Made by a program: the position numbers and the translations under genes. The notes under the pieces are model-generated. The model worked only from the letters and a program-made list of their open reading frames with translations, did no database searches and was not told the origin of the DNA. From Thermoplasmatota archaeon (GTDB lineage: Archaea > Thermoplasmatota > Thermoplasmata > UBA10834), in assembly GCA_040751795.1 (NCBI GenBank), contig JBFMHR010000005.1, positions 192,001 through 256,000 of the forward strand: 64,000 bases of DNA, in the 5' to 3' direction. This document shows positions 10,096 through 19,804 of this stretch, one piece after another (within the stretch, counting starts at the first letter, position 1; each line of letters begins with the position of its first letter).

Positions 10096-10644
10096 TCACC
10101 GCCTCAGCATGCCGGGGAGGGACGCCAGTATGGACCTCAGGCGCGACAGCGCGGAGGAGAACTCCCGCCGGAAGACCGCGGCGCACAGGGCGGCGAGGAA
10201 CAGGAGGGCGAAGCCGAGGTCGGAGAGGACGTAGGTCGTGCCCATGTCCGCGAGCTCCCTGGTGCCCCAGTCCGCCGCGAAGCCGATATCGAACCCGCCG
10301 TCAGCAGTCAGGGTCACCCCGAGCTCGAGGTAGAACTGGTCCTCCACCAGGGGCCACAGGAACGCCACGCCGCCCAGGTCCAGGACGATGTGAGACGCGA
10401 GGTAGAACTGGACGAGGACCGCCGCGGGCATCCACCCCGGCCTCACGAACCTCGAGTAGGCCAGGAGCGCCATCGGCAGGACCAGTATAGGCACGAAGCT
10501 GTGCCCCAGGGCCCTGTGGAGGCCGAAGAGCGCGTCGAGGTCGGGGAGGACCGCCAGGGGGGCGAACAGGACCGCCCTCCTCGCGTCGACCCTGAGGGCC
10601 AGGAGGAAGAGCAGCGGGAACAGGAGGTGCATCAGCGGGTCCAT
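10096..10644 (-). CDS. Membrane-bound metal-dependent hydrolase (YdjM/DUF457-like)
   Basis: MDPLMH...LPDLD...HRALGHS...SHIVLD motifs within hydrophobic helices. Confidence 0.8.
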   Translation of the reverse strand: MDPLMHLLFPLLFLLALRVDARRAVLFAPLAVLPDLDALFGLHRALGHSFVPILVLPMALLAYSRFVRPGWMPAAVLVQFYLASHIVLDLGGVAFLWPLVEDQFYLELGVTLTADGGFDIGFAADWGTRELADMGTTYVLSDLGFALLFLAALCAAVFRREFSSALSRLRSILASLPGMLRR

Positions 10645-10772
10645 GGGGGTGCCTGCAACGGGGAGGCCAAGCGGACTATGTAAGCGTTCCCCCGCTGGAG
10701 GCGTCTGGGGCAACCTCTTTATCCTCCCTGCGCATTGGTTCGCCAACCAGTCCCGAGGAGGAGGGGACGCGC

Positions 10773-11276
10773 ATGCACAAGATGACGGAGCACAACCTCA
10801 ACGAGGCGTACGCGGGCGAGAGCCAGGCATTCATGAAGTACACGATCTGGGCCGACAAGGCCGAGGCGGAGGGGAAGGCCAACGTGGCGAGGCTCTTCCG
10901 GGCCGTAGCGGCGGCCGAGAAGGTCCACGCGGTCAACCACTGGAAGGTGCTCGGGAACGTCCTCGAGACGGCCGCGAACCTGGAGCACGCCGCGGAGGGC
11001 GAGAGGCACGAGATCGACGAGATGTACCCGGCCTTCAAGGCCGTGGCAGAGCTTCAGCAGGAAAAGGCGGCTATAAGGACGATACACTGGGCGCTTGAAA
11101 CGGAAAAGGTGCATCTCAAGAAGTACGAGAGGGCCATCGAGGCGGCCAAGGCGGGGAAGGACGTGGAGCTCGGCGCGCTGCACGTGTGCCCCGTCTGCGG
11201 CTACACAATGGAGGGCGAGGCCCCGGACATCTGTCCCATATGCAACGCCAAGAAGGCTTCCTTCAAAGTGTTCTGA
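10773..11276 (+). CDS. rbr: Rubrerythrin
   Basis: NL.EAYAGESQA, E..HA, EGE.HE..MYP, E.VH di-iron motifs; C-terminal CPVCG...CPICN rubredoxin-like site; SD GGAGG. Confidence 0.95.
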   Translation: MHKMTEHNLNEAYAGESQAFMKYTIWADKAEAEGKANVARLFRAVAAAEKVHAVNHWKVLGNVLETAANLEHAAEGERHEIDEMYPAFKAVAELQQEKAAIRTIHWALETEKVHLKKYERAIEAAKAGKDVELGALHVCPVCGYTMEGEAPDICPICNAKKASFKVF

Positions 11277-11371
11277 CGGCGGAATCGACGCCGTTAACTA
11301 TGTCTCCCGGCCATACGTGAGGCGGGCCCGGCTTGTCCGGGCGAGTGGTGATCCCGTTGGGCGTCGGAGGT

Positions 11372-12541
11372 ATGGAGGGCAGCCGTGGCGCGGAACGCGC
11401 CGACGGAGGCGCAGCCCCCTCCGGGCGCCGCCCGCCGGGGCGACTCAGATGGGGCCGGGCCGTGTCGGCGCTGAGCATCACGGCCATGTTCGCCATGCTC
11501 GTCGCCGCGCCCATGCTCTTCGAGGAGCCGACGGTCAAGATCGGCGTCCTGGTCCCCCTGACAGGGAGCTACTCGTTCCTCACCGACGTGAGGGACGGCA
11601 TGCTCCTGGCGGTCGAGAAGCTCAACAGGTGGGGCGGGATGAACGGGGCCAGGATCGAGCTGCTCGTCAGGGACACGGAGTCCGACCCGGAGAGGGCGGC
11701 GGAGGCGTTCGCCGAGCTCGAACGCGAGCATAGGCCGCTCTTCTACGTCTCGAGCGTAAGCCACCTGACGACCGCCGTCATCCCGCAGGCCGATGAGGCG
11801 GAGGTCATCCTGGTCGCGGTCGTCGCGGCGGCGCAGAACCTCACGGAGGGGTCGCACTGGTGCGTCAGGTACTACTCGGACGCCCAGGACGAGGTCGACG
11901 CCACGATGCACTCCATCGAGACATTGGGTGTCACCGACGTCGGCATCCTGCACGGCAACGACGACTTCAGCAACTCGGTCAACTATATCCTCGTCAACGC
12001 CCTCGAGGACGCGGGGATGTCGTACGAGAGCGTCCCGTTGGAGGCCCTCGACGGAGACTATGCAGCGGAGACGTCGCAGGTCATGGACAGGGATGCGGTC
12101 TTCCTCGGGATGCCCGCCACGTACATCAGGGAGACGCTCCTCCAGCTCAGGGAGGGCAACTACACGGGGCACATTCTGACCGCGAGCGGCGGCACATCCA
12201 CCGCCGTGAGGTCGATGCCGGAGGCCGAGGGCATATACGTCGCCGCGCCCTCGATGTACAACGAGAACTACCTGCCGGCCAAGTGGATCGCCGAGGAGTT
12301 CCAGTCGCGCTACGGCAGGCCGCTCACCCACTACGCGACCTGCGGCTACGACGTCATATACCTCTTCAGCGGGCTGATGAGGGACCTGGACCTCACCCGC
12401 TCCAACGTCCACGAGATGGTCGAGAGAGGTTTCGTCTACTCGGGGACGACGGCCACGCTGCGCGTCGACCCGGGCTCCCACGACATCGGCTTCGACCTAC
12501 TATCGGCCAGGGTCTCGGAGGGGCGGCTGTGGTACCTCTGA
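11372..12541 (+). CDS. Membrane-anchored solute-binding protein of the branched-chain amino acid (LivJ/PBP1) type
   Basis: KIGVLVPLTG...GMLLAVEKLN..GG.NG..IEL...DT.SDP; N-terminal TM; ATG after GGAGGT. Confidence 0.85.
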   Translation: MEGSRGAERADGGAAPSGRRPPGRLRWGRAVSALSITAMFAMLVAAPMLFEEPTVKIGVLVPLTGSYSFLTDVRDGMLLAVEKLNRWGGMNGARIELLVRDTESDPERAAEAFAELEREHRPLFYVSSVSHLTTAVIPQADEAEVILVAVVAAAQNLTEGSHWCVRYYSDAQDEVDATMHSIETLGVTDVGILHGNDDFSNSVNYILVNALEDAGMSYESVPLEALDGDYAAETSQVMDRDAVFLGMPATYIRETLLQLREGNYTGHILTASGGTSTAVRSMPEAEGIYVAAPSMYNENYLPAKWIAEEFQSRYGRPLTHYATCGYDVIYLFSGLMRDLDLTRSNVHEMVERGFVYSGTTATLRVDPGSHDIGFDLLSARVSEGRLWYL

Positions 12542-14466
12542 CCCGCCTCGTCCAGCGCGTGCCTGCGCGCCTCGTCACCAAGTTCATAGCCGCCTCGATA
12601 GTCATCTCCGCCCTCTTCCTCTCGCTCAGCGTGTACAGCGTCGATGCGAGCAGACATTCCATGGAGGTGGCCATCGGCCAGGAGTCCATAGACCTCGCGA
12701 ACCAGTTCGCCCTGTCGGTCGACAGGGGCGTCTACACGAAGCTCCACGAGCTGGCGATCATCGCCCTCGGCAGGGCCATCGAGGAGAACCTGGTCGCCTC
12801 CAACGCCGAGTTCGACGCCATGGACGACCCGGAGGCGTACATCGACGCCACCGACGCCGAGTGGACGTCCGTCCCGGTCGACGAGGTCACGCCGTTCATG
12901 GAGGCGATCATGTCCAACGAGCTCTCGCTCGACCTCACCGCGAGGCTCGAGACCCACTACCTCACCGAGCACGGCATAGACATGTACGGCGAGGTCCTCG
13001 TCACGAACAGGTACGGCGCGACCATAGCCATGACCGATCGGTCGTCCGACTACAGGCAGAACGACGAGGAGTGGTGGCAGGCCACAAGGGCGTCGGTCCA
13101 CCACGTCAGCGACGTCGAGTACGACGCCAGCTCGGACATGTACGGCCTCCCGGTGTGCTACAGCGTCGTGGACGGGGACGGCGAGTTCATCGGCATCATC
13201 AGGGCCTTCGTGGGCGTGATGGAGGTCATCGCGGAGACCCAGTTCGAGGCCGAGAACTTCGAGTCGACCGAGGTGAAGGTCGTCTCCTCCTCCTGGACCA
13301 TGATCTACTCGTCGATAGCATACAGGATCTTCGAGGACGTCTCGTCGAAGGAGTACATAGGGCACATACAGGGCGAGTCGGGGTACTTCAAGTCGGTCGA
13401 GGGGGGGCGTGAACGGCTCTACGCCTACACGGTCTCCCCGGGGTACCTCGAGTACGAGGGCCAGAGCTGGATCGTCATCATGAGCCACGACGAGGAGGAG
13501 GTGCTCGCCGGGGTCACCTCCCTCGGGGACCGCATCATGGCCGTGTCCTACGTCTTCCTGATGCTGTTCGTGGCGGTGGCCTTCGCGCTCTCCGCCAGCG
13601 TCACCAGGCCCGCGGCGGCCGTCAGGGACGCCGCCTCCCGCATGGCCAGGGGGGACCTCGGGGCCCGCGTGGAGGTGCGGTCGAGGGACGAACTCGGGGA
13701 CCTGGGCCTGGCGTTCAACGACATGGCATCGGAGCTCCAGGAGTTGTACGACGACCTCGAGGCGAAGGTCCAGGAGCGCTCGAGGGACGTCGACGCCGCC
13801 AACAGGAAGCTCCAGCTCCTCGGGTCCATAACCCGCCACGACGCCCTCAACCAGCTCGCGGTGCTCCGCGGCTGGCTGTCGATGGTCGAGGAGGGGGCCG
13901 CCGACCCCGCGGTCAAGGAGTACGTCGCCAAGGTGAAGGCCGCGAGCGAGACGCTGGAGGAGCAGCTGAAGTTCACCGGCACCTACGAGAAGATCGGCGT
14001 GACCAAGCCCGAATGGGTCGACGCGAAGCTCGCGCTGGACTCCAACCTGCCCGGACTGGACCTGAAGGGGGCCAGGGTGGTCAACGACCTCGCGGGCCTC
14101 GTCGTCCACGCGGACCCGATGTTCCCGAAGGTGCTGAGGAACCTGGCGGACAACTCCGTCAAGCACGGCAAGGGCACCACGGCCGTCTCCTTCTCGTACG
14201 AGGAGCGGCCGGAGGGATTGACCATCGTCGTGGCCGACGACGGCGGCGGGGTCCCCGCGGAGCTGAAGCCCAGGCTCTTCGAGCGCCCCAGGGACGCCAA
14301 GGGGCGCGTGGGCTACGGCCTCTACCTCTCGAAGGCCATCCTCGACATCACCGGCATGACCATCAGGGAGACGGGTACGCCCGGGAAGGGGGCGAGGTTC
14401 GAGATCACGGTCCCCCCCGGCCGGTACCGCCTGTCGATGGCGCCCTCGAAGGCCCGGAGGCGCTAG
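12529..14466 (+). CDS. Sensor histidine kinase (TM, Cache-like extracellular domain, TM, HAMP, HisKA, HATPase)
   Basis: GTG start overlapping the upstream gene; HAMP RDELGDLGLAFNDM; H-box TRHDALNQL; NLADNSVKHG, DDGGGVP and GYGL boxes. Confidence 0.9.
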   Translation: MVPLTRLVQRVPARLVTKFIAASIVISALFLSLSVYSVDASRHSMEVAIGQESIDLANQFALSVDRGVYTKLHELAIIALGRAIEENLVASNAEFDAMDDPEAYIDATDAEWTSVPVDEVTPFMEAIMSNELSLDLTARLETHYLTEHGIDMYGEVLVTNRYGATIAMTDRSSDYRQNDEEWWQATRASVHHVSDVEYDASSDMYGLPVCYSVVDGDGEFIGIIRAFVGVMEVIAETQFEAENFESTEVKVVSSSWTMIYSSIAYRIFEDVSSKEYIGHIQGESGYFKSVEGGRERLYAYTVSPGYLEYEGQSWIVIMSHDEEEVLAGVTSLGDRIMAVSYVFLMLFVAVAFALSASVTRPAAAVRDAASRMARGDLGARVEVRSRDELGDLGLAFNDMASELQELYDDLEAKVQERSRDVDAANRKLQLLGSITRHDALNQLAVLRGWLSMVEEGAADPAVKEYVAKVKAASETLEEQLKFTGTYEKIGVTKPEWVDAKLALDSNLPGLDLKGARVVNDLAGLVVHADPMFPKVLRNLADNSVKHGKGTTAVSFSYEERPEGLTIVVADDGGGVPAELKPRLFERPRDAKGRVGYGLYLSKAILDITGMTIRETGTPGKGARFEITVPPGRYRLSMAPSKARRR

Positions 14467-14469
14467 CCC

Positions 14470-15933
14470 TCACCTGTGCGGTATGGCCCCTTCGGCCTCC
14501 GCGACGAGGGCCTCCAGCTCCTTCCTCAGGTCCTCGGCGATCGGCCCCGGCACGTGCGTCCTGAGTATCTCCTTCGCCTTGTCGCGCGCGTGGTCGACCG
14601 CGTTCTTCCCGCCTCCGGCCTTCCACTCCTTGTAGGTGCGCCCGTCGGTCACCATCGGCTGCCACATCTCCCTGAAGTGGTCCAGGGTGTGCTTCTTGCC
14701 CATGTAGTGCCCCTCGTGCCCGACCTCCATGATGACGTCCATCGGGACGGTGGAGTCGTCCACGCGGAACCCCTTGAGCATGTCGGCCATCATGGTGAAC
14801 ATCTCGTGGTCCAGTATGAGCTGCTCGTGCGACAGCACGGTCCAGTTCTCGAGGAGCCCAGGGCCCGAGGTCATGTCCGCCCCGCTCAGGTACGCGATGA
14901 ACGCCGAGAATGCCTTCTCGTACCCTGCCTGGACGTCCGGCGCCTTGGAGCAGGTGCCCCAGCCGCCGATGAAGATCGGTATGCCGTAGTACCTGGACAT
15001 CTGGACGTGCGCGGCCCTGACCATGTCCGCCGCGGGGAACAGCCCCTCGAAGAGGCCGCTCTGGACGTCCATCGCCATGGGCTCGCTCGAGTAGCACAGG
15101 GGCGAGCCGGGCGCCGCGAGCTGCAGCACCGTCGCCAGCGCGATCACCTGGGCGTTCCCGAGGACGACCGCGCCCGCCACGGTCATCGGCGCCGTGGCGC
15201 CTATGAGCGGCATGGCCATCAGCAGCGGCGGGCACCCGGCGCGCGAGAACTCTATCGCGGCGTCGGTGGTCATGCCGAGCACCATGGGCGAGGTCGTGCA
15301 GGTGAGGCTCGATATTATCGGCCTGCGCCTGAGCTCCTTCTCGCCTCCGACGACCGCCTCGGCCATCTTGATCTCGTAGACCGCCTCCTCCCTCTGGTAG
15401 GTGGAGCCGGTCGTGTAGTGCTTCTCGCAGTTCTCCGTGGCCGCGAGGTACTCGTGGACCGTGTGCGCGTGCTTCGGCACGTCCAGCGGGGTCACGAGCG
15501 GGTTGTACATGTGCATCATCGGGAGGTGGTCCACGATCTTCGCGGAGTCGGCCACGTCCCTGAGCGCGGAGGGCCTCCTCTCCCCGGTCTCCAGGTCTAT
15601 GGTGGCGAGGCCCACGCCGTCCGTGCAGGCGTAGCAGTGCGCCCCGTCGAGGACGAAGTCGTACTTCGGGTTGCGCGCCGCCATCGTGAAGCTCCTCTTG
15701 CACCTCTTCATGGACTCCTCGACCAGGGGGCCGGGGATCCTGCAGACATGGGTCTTCTCGTCGACCTCCGCGCCCGCCTCTTTGAGGAGCCTCCTCCCCT
15801 CCTCGCTCACGACCTTGATGCCCATCCTCTCCAGCAGCTGGAGCGACCTCAGGTGCACGGCCTCCGCGTCCTTCGTCTCCATGACCTCGAGGCGCCTCAT
15901 GCCGAACGAGCCGGGCCTGAACTTCGCGTCCAT
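14470..15933 (-). CDS. mttB: MttB-superfamily methylamine:corrinoid methyltransferase, pyrrolysine-free (paralog 1)
   Basis: LQLLERMGI.V...L..AGA.VD; GATAPMTVAG; YYGIP...SKAPDVQAGYEKA; GPGLLE...EQLILDHE; no in-frame TAG. Confidence 0.9.
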   Translation of the reverse strand: MDAKFRPGSFGMRRLEVMETKDAEAVHLRSLQLLERMGIKVVSEEGRRLLKEAGAEVDEKTHVCRIPGPLVEESMKRCKRSFTMAARNPKYDFVLDGAHCYACTDGVGLATIDLETGERRPSALRDVADSAKIVDHLPMMHMYNPLVTPLDVPKHAHTVHEYLAATENCEKHYTTGSTYQREEAVYEIKMAEAVVGGEKELRRRPIISSLTCTTSPMVLGMTTDAAIEFSRAGCPPLLMAMPLIGATAPMTVAGAVVLGNAQVIALATVLQLAAPGSPLCYSSEPMAMDVQSGLFEGLFPAADMVRAAHVQMSRYYGIPIFIGGWGTCSKAPDVQAGYEKAFSAFIAYLSGADMTSGPGLLENWTVLSHEQLILDHEMFTMMADMLKGFRVDDSTVPMDVIMEVGHEGHYMGKKHTLDHFREMWQPMVTDGRTYKEWKAGGGKNAVDHARDKAKEILRTHVPGPIAEDLRKELEALVAEAEGAIPHR

Positions 15934-15937
15934 CCCC

Positions 15938-16591
15938 TCAGGCCCCCTTGCCCATGAGCCGCTTCGCCGTCACGGCCGCGCTGTTCGCGTCCGATGCGTA
16001 GTGCGCGCCGATCTCCTTCGCCCACTCCTCTGAGACGGCGGCGCCGCCGACCAGCAGGGGCGCTCCGATGCCCGCGGCCCTCAGCGCGTCCACGACCTCC
16101 TTCTGGGTGTCCACCGTGGTGGTCATCAGGGACGAGGCCCCGAGCAGGTCGGCGCCCATCTCCTTCGCGGCGGATACGAAGTCCTCGGTAGGCGCGTCCT
16201 TGCCCAGGTCGCGCACCTCGAACCCGCTCGCCTCGAGCATGATCCTCACCAGGTTCTTCCCTATGTCGTGGATGTCCCCCGCGACGGTGCCGAGCACCAC
16301 CCTCCCGACGACGTTCCTCTGGGCGGCGACCCTCTTCATCTCGGGCTCCAGCACCTGGATGGCCGCGCCCATGATCTCCGCGGCGTAGATCAGCTCGACG
16401 ACGAACATCTCCTTCCTCGCGAACTTCTCCCCGACCTCGCGGATGCCCTTCGCGAGCCCGTCCTCTATCGCCTCGACGGGGCTCACGCCCGCGGCCAGCG
16501 CCTTCCTCGCGGCCTCGACCGCGGCCTCCTGCTGCAGGCCCTTCACTCCGTTCTCAAGCTCCGCCAATATGGCGCCCTTGTCGACAGCCAT
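15938..16591 (-). CDS. Cognate corrinoid (B12-binding) protein, MttC/MtbC family
   Basis: N-terminal cap domain, then GTVAGDIHDIGKNLV...SSLMTTT...VGGA B12-binding motif; SD AGGAGGT. Confidence 0.95.
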   Translation of the reverse strand: MAVDKGAILAELENGVKGLQQEAAVEAARKALAAGVSPVEAIEDGLAKGIREVGEKFARKEMFVVELIYAAEIMGAAIQVLEPEMKRVAAQRNVVGRVVLGTVAGDIHDIGKNLVRIMLEASGFEVRDLGKDAPTEDFVSAAKEMGADLLGASSLMTTTVDTQKEVVDALRAAGIGAPLLVGGAAVSEEWAKEIGAHYASDANSAAVTAKRLMGKGA

Positions 16592-16707
16592 GTCATACCT
16601 CCTTCGATCCTCAGCGCCGGGCCGCGGGGCCCGGCCGAAACAGCGTGCCGCACTCGTCGGCGGCGAACAGGGTTGCCGGCCATTCGCTGGCCGGGGGCGG
16701 ACGAGAA

Positions 16708-16851
16708 TCAGTTGGCGGGCCTTCCCACCTGGAGCCCGGCGCCCAGGTGGAGCAGGAGCCTCGTGAGGACCTGGTCGAGGGAGGCCTCTCGCTTCGAGCG
16801 CCCCGCCCTCAGGCAGGGCCTGCGCGACTCAGGCCTGTAGAACGTCGCCAT
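16708..16851 (-). CDS. Putative 47-aa small protein upstream of the corrinoid gene
   Basis: ATG after AGGTGGGGAG; genome-typical codons; MATFYRPESRRPCLRAGRSKREASLDQVLTRLLLHLGAGLQVGRPAN. Confidence 0.35.
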   Translation of the reverse strand: MATFYRPESRRPCLRAGRSKREASLDQVLTRLLLHLGAGLQVGRPAN

Positions 16852-17033
16852 TGTCCGCTCCCCACCTGCCGGGACGGTCTCAGCCCCGGCCTCGGAAGGC
16901 GTATCGAGCGCGTGATACTTAAGTCTCATGGGGCGCGCCCGGCAAAACGACTTAAACCAGACTGCAAAGCCTAAAGAATCGAAGTGGCCATGCCCCCACG
17001 GCCCGGAGGAAGGAGGGCTGGAGGTGGCACCCG

Positions 17034-18467
17034 ATGGCGGTCGCCCGAGTGAGGTTCCTGGACAGGACTGAGGAGGATTTCGTGCACGGCAAGAGCCTTC
17101 ACTGGCTCGAGAAGATCGGAGTCATGGTCAAGAGCCCGAAGGTCCTGGCCATGCTGGAGAGGGCGGGCGCGCGGGTAGACAGGGACAAGGGGGTCGCGAT
17201 GATCCCCGAGCCGATGGTGAGGGAGGCGGTCCAGAAGGCCCCCAAGAGGATCGTCCTCGGGGCGCGCGACCCGAAGAACGAGAAGGTCATCCCGGTCGAG
17301 ACTTGGCCGCTGATGACCACCACCGGCCTCGCGGTCTACACCTTCGACATCGACACGGGCGAGAGGCGGCCGACGACATCGAAGGACCTCGCCAACTTCT
17401 CGAGGGTCGCGGACGCGATGGACGCGGTGGACATCGTGTGGACCACGGTCACGGCCGGCGACGCCCCGCAGGACGCGCTCGCGCTGCACTCCCTCTGGAC
17501 CACGCTGAGGAACTGCACGAAGCACATCCACGTCATCCCGACCCCGAAGAGCGCGGAGGAGGCCAAGGCCCTCGTCGACCTGGGCGCCATGGTCGCGGGC
17601 GGCCACGACCAGCTCAGGAAGAGGCCGCTCTTCTCGGTCATCAGCTGCCCCATAGCCCCGCTCGGCTTCGAGAGGGCGTCGATCGAGGGGCAGGTCGAGT
17701 ACTCGAAGGCGGGCATCCCCGTCGTCTGCATGTCCATGTCCCTCTCGGGCATGTCGGCCCCGGTGACGACGTGCGGCACGATCGTCAACATCAACACCGA
17801 GAACCTCGCCAGCCTGGTCATCTCGCAGGTCGCCGCCCCGGGCGCGCCGTTCGTCTACAGCTCGGAGTCGGCGCCCATCGACATGACCACGGGCGTGATG
17901 GACTACTCCTCGCACAACCTGCCCATGATCGCGTCGGGCGCGTCGCAGATGGCCAAGAGGTATGGCCTCCCCTCGCAGACGGGGAACTGGGGGATCGAGA
18001 CCAAGGTGCCGGGGATGCAGGCCTCGTTCACCGAGCTGCTCACGACCTTCCTCGCCTCGATGTCCGGCTCGGACATGGTCGCCGGCGCTGGGAGCTGCGA
18101 CGCCGCGAAGGGCGCCGCCCTCGAGCAGGTCGTCATTGACTCCTACCTGTGGGAGGACTGCAGGAAGTACATGAGGGCGTTCGAGATGAGCGACGAGGCG
18201 GCCGCCACGGAGGTCGTCCAGGCCGTCGGGCACGGCAACACGTTCCTCAGGCACATGCACACGGCCCGCAACTTCAAGAAGGAGATCATATTCCGCGACC
18301 AGGAGCGCAAGATGTGGCAGGCCACGCTATCGAGCGACATGGTCCCCGGGGCGAAGGCCGTCGCGAAGAAGGTCCTCGCGGAGCACAGGGTCCCGGACCT
18401 GGACCCGGGCGTCGTGAAGAGGGGAGACGCGCTGGTCGAGGCCCACACGCGCACGCTGAAGGACTGA
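17034..18467 (+). CDS. mttB: MttB-superfamily methyltransferase, pyrrolysine-free (paralog 2, divergently transcribed)
   Basis: SLHWLEKIGV.V...AGARVD; GMSAPVT.CG; YGLPS...; GAG...LEQVVID; SD GGAGGTG; no in-frame TAG. Confidence 0.9.
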   Translation: MAVARVRFLDRTEEDFVHGKSLHWLEKIGVMVKSPKVLAMLERAGARVDRDKGVAMIPEPMVREAVQKAPKRIVLGARDPKNEKVIPVETWPLMTTTGLAVYTFDIDTGERRPTTSKDLANFSRVADAMDAVDIVWTTVTAGDAPQDALALHSLWTTLRNCTKHIHVIPTPKSAEEAKALVDLGAMVAGGHDQLRKRPLFSVISCPIAPLGFERASIEGQVEYSKAGIPVVCMSMSLSGMSAPVTTCGTIVNINTENLASLVISQVAAPGAPFVYSSESAPIDMTTGVMDYSSHNLPMIASGASQMAKRYGLPSQTGNWGIETKVPGMQASFTELLTTFLASMSGSDMVAGAGSCDAAKGAALEQVVIDSYLWEDCRKYMRAFEMSDEAAATEVVQAVGHGNTFLRHMHTARNFKKEIIFRDQERKMWQATLSSDMVPGAKAVAKKVLAEHRVPDLDPGVVKRGDALVEAHTRTLKD

Positions 18468-18492
18468 TCGGCCGGTCGGGACGGGGGCGCCC

Positions 18493-19251
18493 TCAGCCGG
18501 GCATGACCCGGGGGAAGAGCTTGAAGGTGCACCTGTCGTGCCCCTGGGCCATGCACGCCTCCTCCACCGCCACCATCGGCCTGCCGAAGGTCCTGAGGCC
18601 GGCCGTCTCCATGATGTTGCCTATGGGGAGGCACATCGGGGAGTCGCACTTGCCGAATGAGCGCGCGAGCATGGAGGTCGTGTCGACCTTCGCCATCGCG
18701 CTGCGCTCGTCGAAGAAACTGATCTCGTAGGTGCTGATCCAGCCGACGTCGGAGATCATCCTGAGCGCCGAGTCGAAGGTCCCGGCCGCCGTCGCGGCGG
18801 GCGGCATCTGCATGATCCTGTCGTGGAGGTCCACTATCCCGGAGAGCAGGTTGCCGATGTGGGACTGGAGGCCCTCGTCTCCGCGGGCGTACCTCATGAC
18901 CGAGATGGTCGACCAGATACCCTCCTCGGCCGACACCCTCTCCACGAACCTGTCGGGGTGCTGTCGCAGGATCGACCCGTCCGTCTCGTCGGATGTCAGG
19001 GAGGCGGCGGTCTGGGAGAGCCTGGTCTGCTGCCTGAGGCGCCCCTTCTCCTTTCCGAACTCGTACCGCCTCCGGACGATGTCGACCAGGTCGAGCTCCT
19101 CGGCCTGGATGAGGATGTGCCTGAGCTCGGCCGCCACCCAGCCAACGTCGTCGGCGTGCCCCCGCTCGCCCACGTCGATGCCCAGGTCGTACGCGGACTT
19201 GGCCAGCTTGGCCTTCGCGAGGTCGTCCAGGTGCTCCTTCCTGTAGATCAT
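18493..19251 (-). CDS. V4R (4-vinyl reductase) domain protein
   Basis: C-terminal PMC...G.......E..CMAQG...C.F signature. Confidence 0.8.
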   Translation of the reverse strand: MIYRKEHLDDLAKAKLAKSAYDLGIDVGERGHADDVGWVAAELRHILIQAEELDLVDIVRRRYEFGKEKGRLRQQTRLSQTAASLTSDETDGSILRQHPDRFVERVSAEEGIWSTISVMRYARGDEGLQSHIGNLLSGIVDLHDRIMQMPPAATAAGTFDSALRMISDVGWISTYEISFFDERSAMAKVDTTSMLARSFGKCDSPMCLPIGNIMETAGLRTFGRPMVAVEEACMAQGHDRCTFKLFPRVMPG

Positions 19252-19278
19252 GTGCGCGCCTCAGAACGGACGTGGGCC

Positions 19279-19662
19279 CTACGTGAACGCCCCGGAGAGC
19301 GCGGGAGCGAGGTCCTTCGCGAGCCCGTCGCCCTCGAGGTACTCCTTGAGCTGGAGAGCGAGCTCGCGCCTCTTCTCGGCCGACTCCTCCAGCGCTATGT
19401 TGTTCACCATGACGGAGATGATCCTCCTGCTCTCGAAGTCGAGGATGCCCACACGCGACAGGAGATCGTCGAGGGCCTGACCCTGGACCGCGTTCAGGCG
19501 GCCAGCGTCGGCCGCCCTTCTCACGTTGTCCCTCGGGTCGCCCGCGCCGCCCCCGGCGCGGGCGCAGTCGCTCGCATCGCCAGCACTGCGCCTTCTGGGG
19601 CCCCGTCCCCCGATGCCCGTTGAGGGAGGAGCCTCTCCATGCCCACTGGAGTCCCCGACCAT
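19279..19662 (-). CDS. Hypothetical protein (disordered N-terminus, helical C-terminus)
   Basis: ATG after GAGGTG; genome-like codon usage in LDDLLSRVGILDFESRRIISVMVNNIALEESAEKRRELALQLKEYL. Confidence 0.6.
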   Translation of the reverse strand: MVGDSSGHGEAPPSTGIGGRGPRRRSAGDASDCARAGGGAGDPRDNVRRAADAGRLNAVQGQALDDLLSRVGILDFESRRIISVMVNNIALEESAEKRRELALQLKEYLEGDGLAKDLAPALSGAFT

Positions 19663-19726
19663 GTTCACACCTCGTCCGCGCTCGGATCGAGTGGCCCGCC
19701 CCGTCCCCTGGGCGGGCAGCAGGTGC

Positions 19727-19746
19727 TGTACCCCGTTCGGAGTACA
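19727..19746. promoter_or_regulatory. Palindromic operator candidate TGTAC-N10-GTACA (copy 1)
   Basis: TGTAC CCCGTTCGGA GTACA, overlapping the minus-strand TATA-like TTTTTGTA upstream of the CDS starting at 19662. Confidence 0.5.
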
Positions 19747-19804
19747 AAAACGTTCCCTGACCATTATCACAAGCGGGTCTGGCGCCCGCGCACCCGGCGG
19801 AGCA

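Noticed and set aside
16592-17033. Cobalamin riboswitch upstream of the corrinoid gene
   Set aside because: No recognisable B12-box or conserved core; only generic GC-rich hairpins
14470-18467. Pyrrolysine (TAG) readthrough in the MttB genes
   Set aside because: Both frames are open and full length with no internal TAG, and there are no pyl genes or tRNA-Pyl in the window
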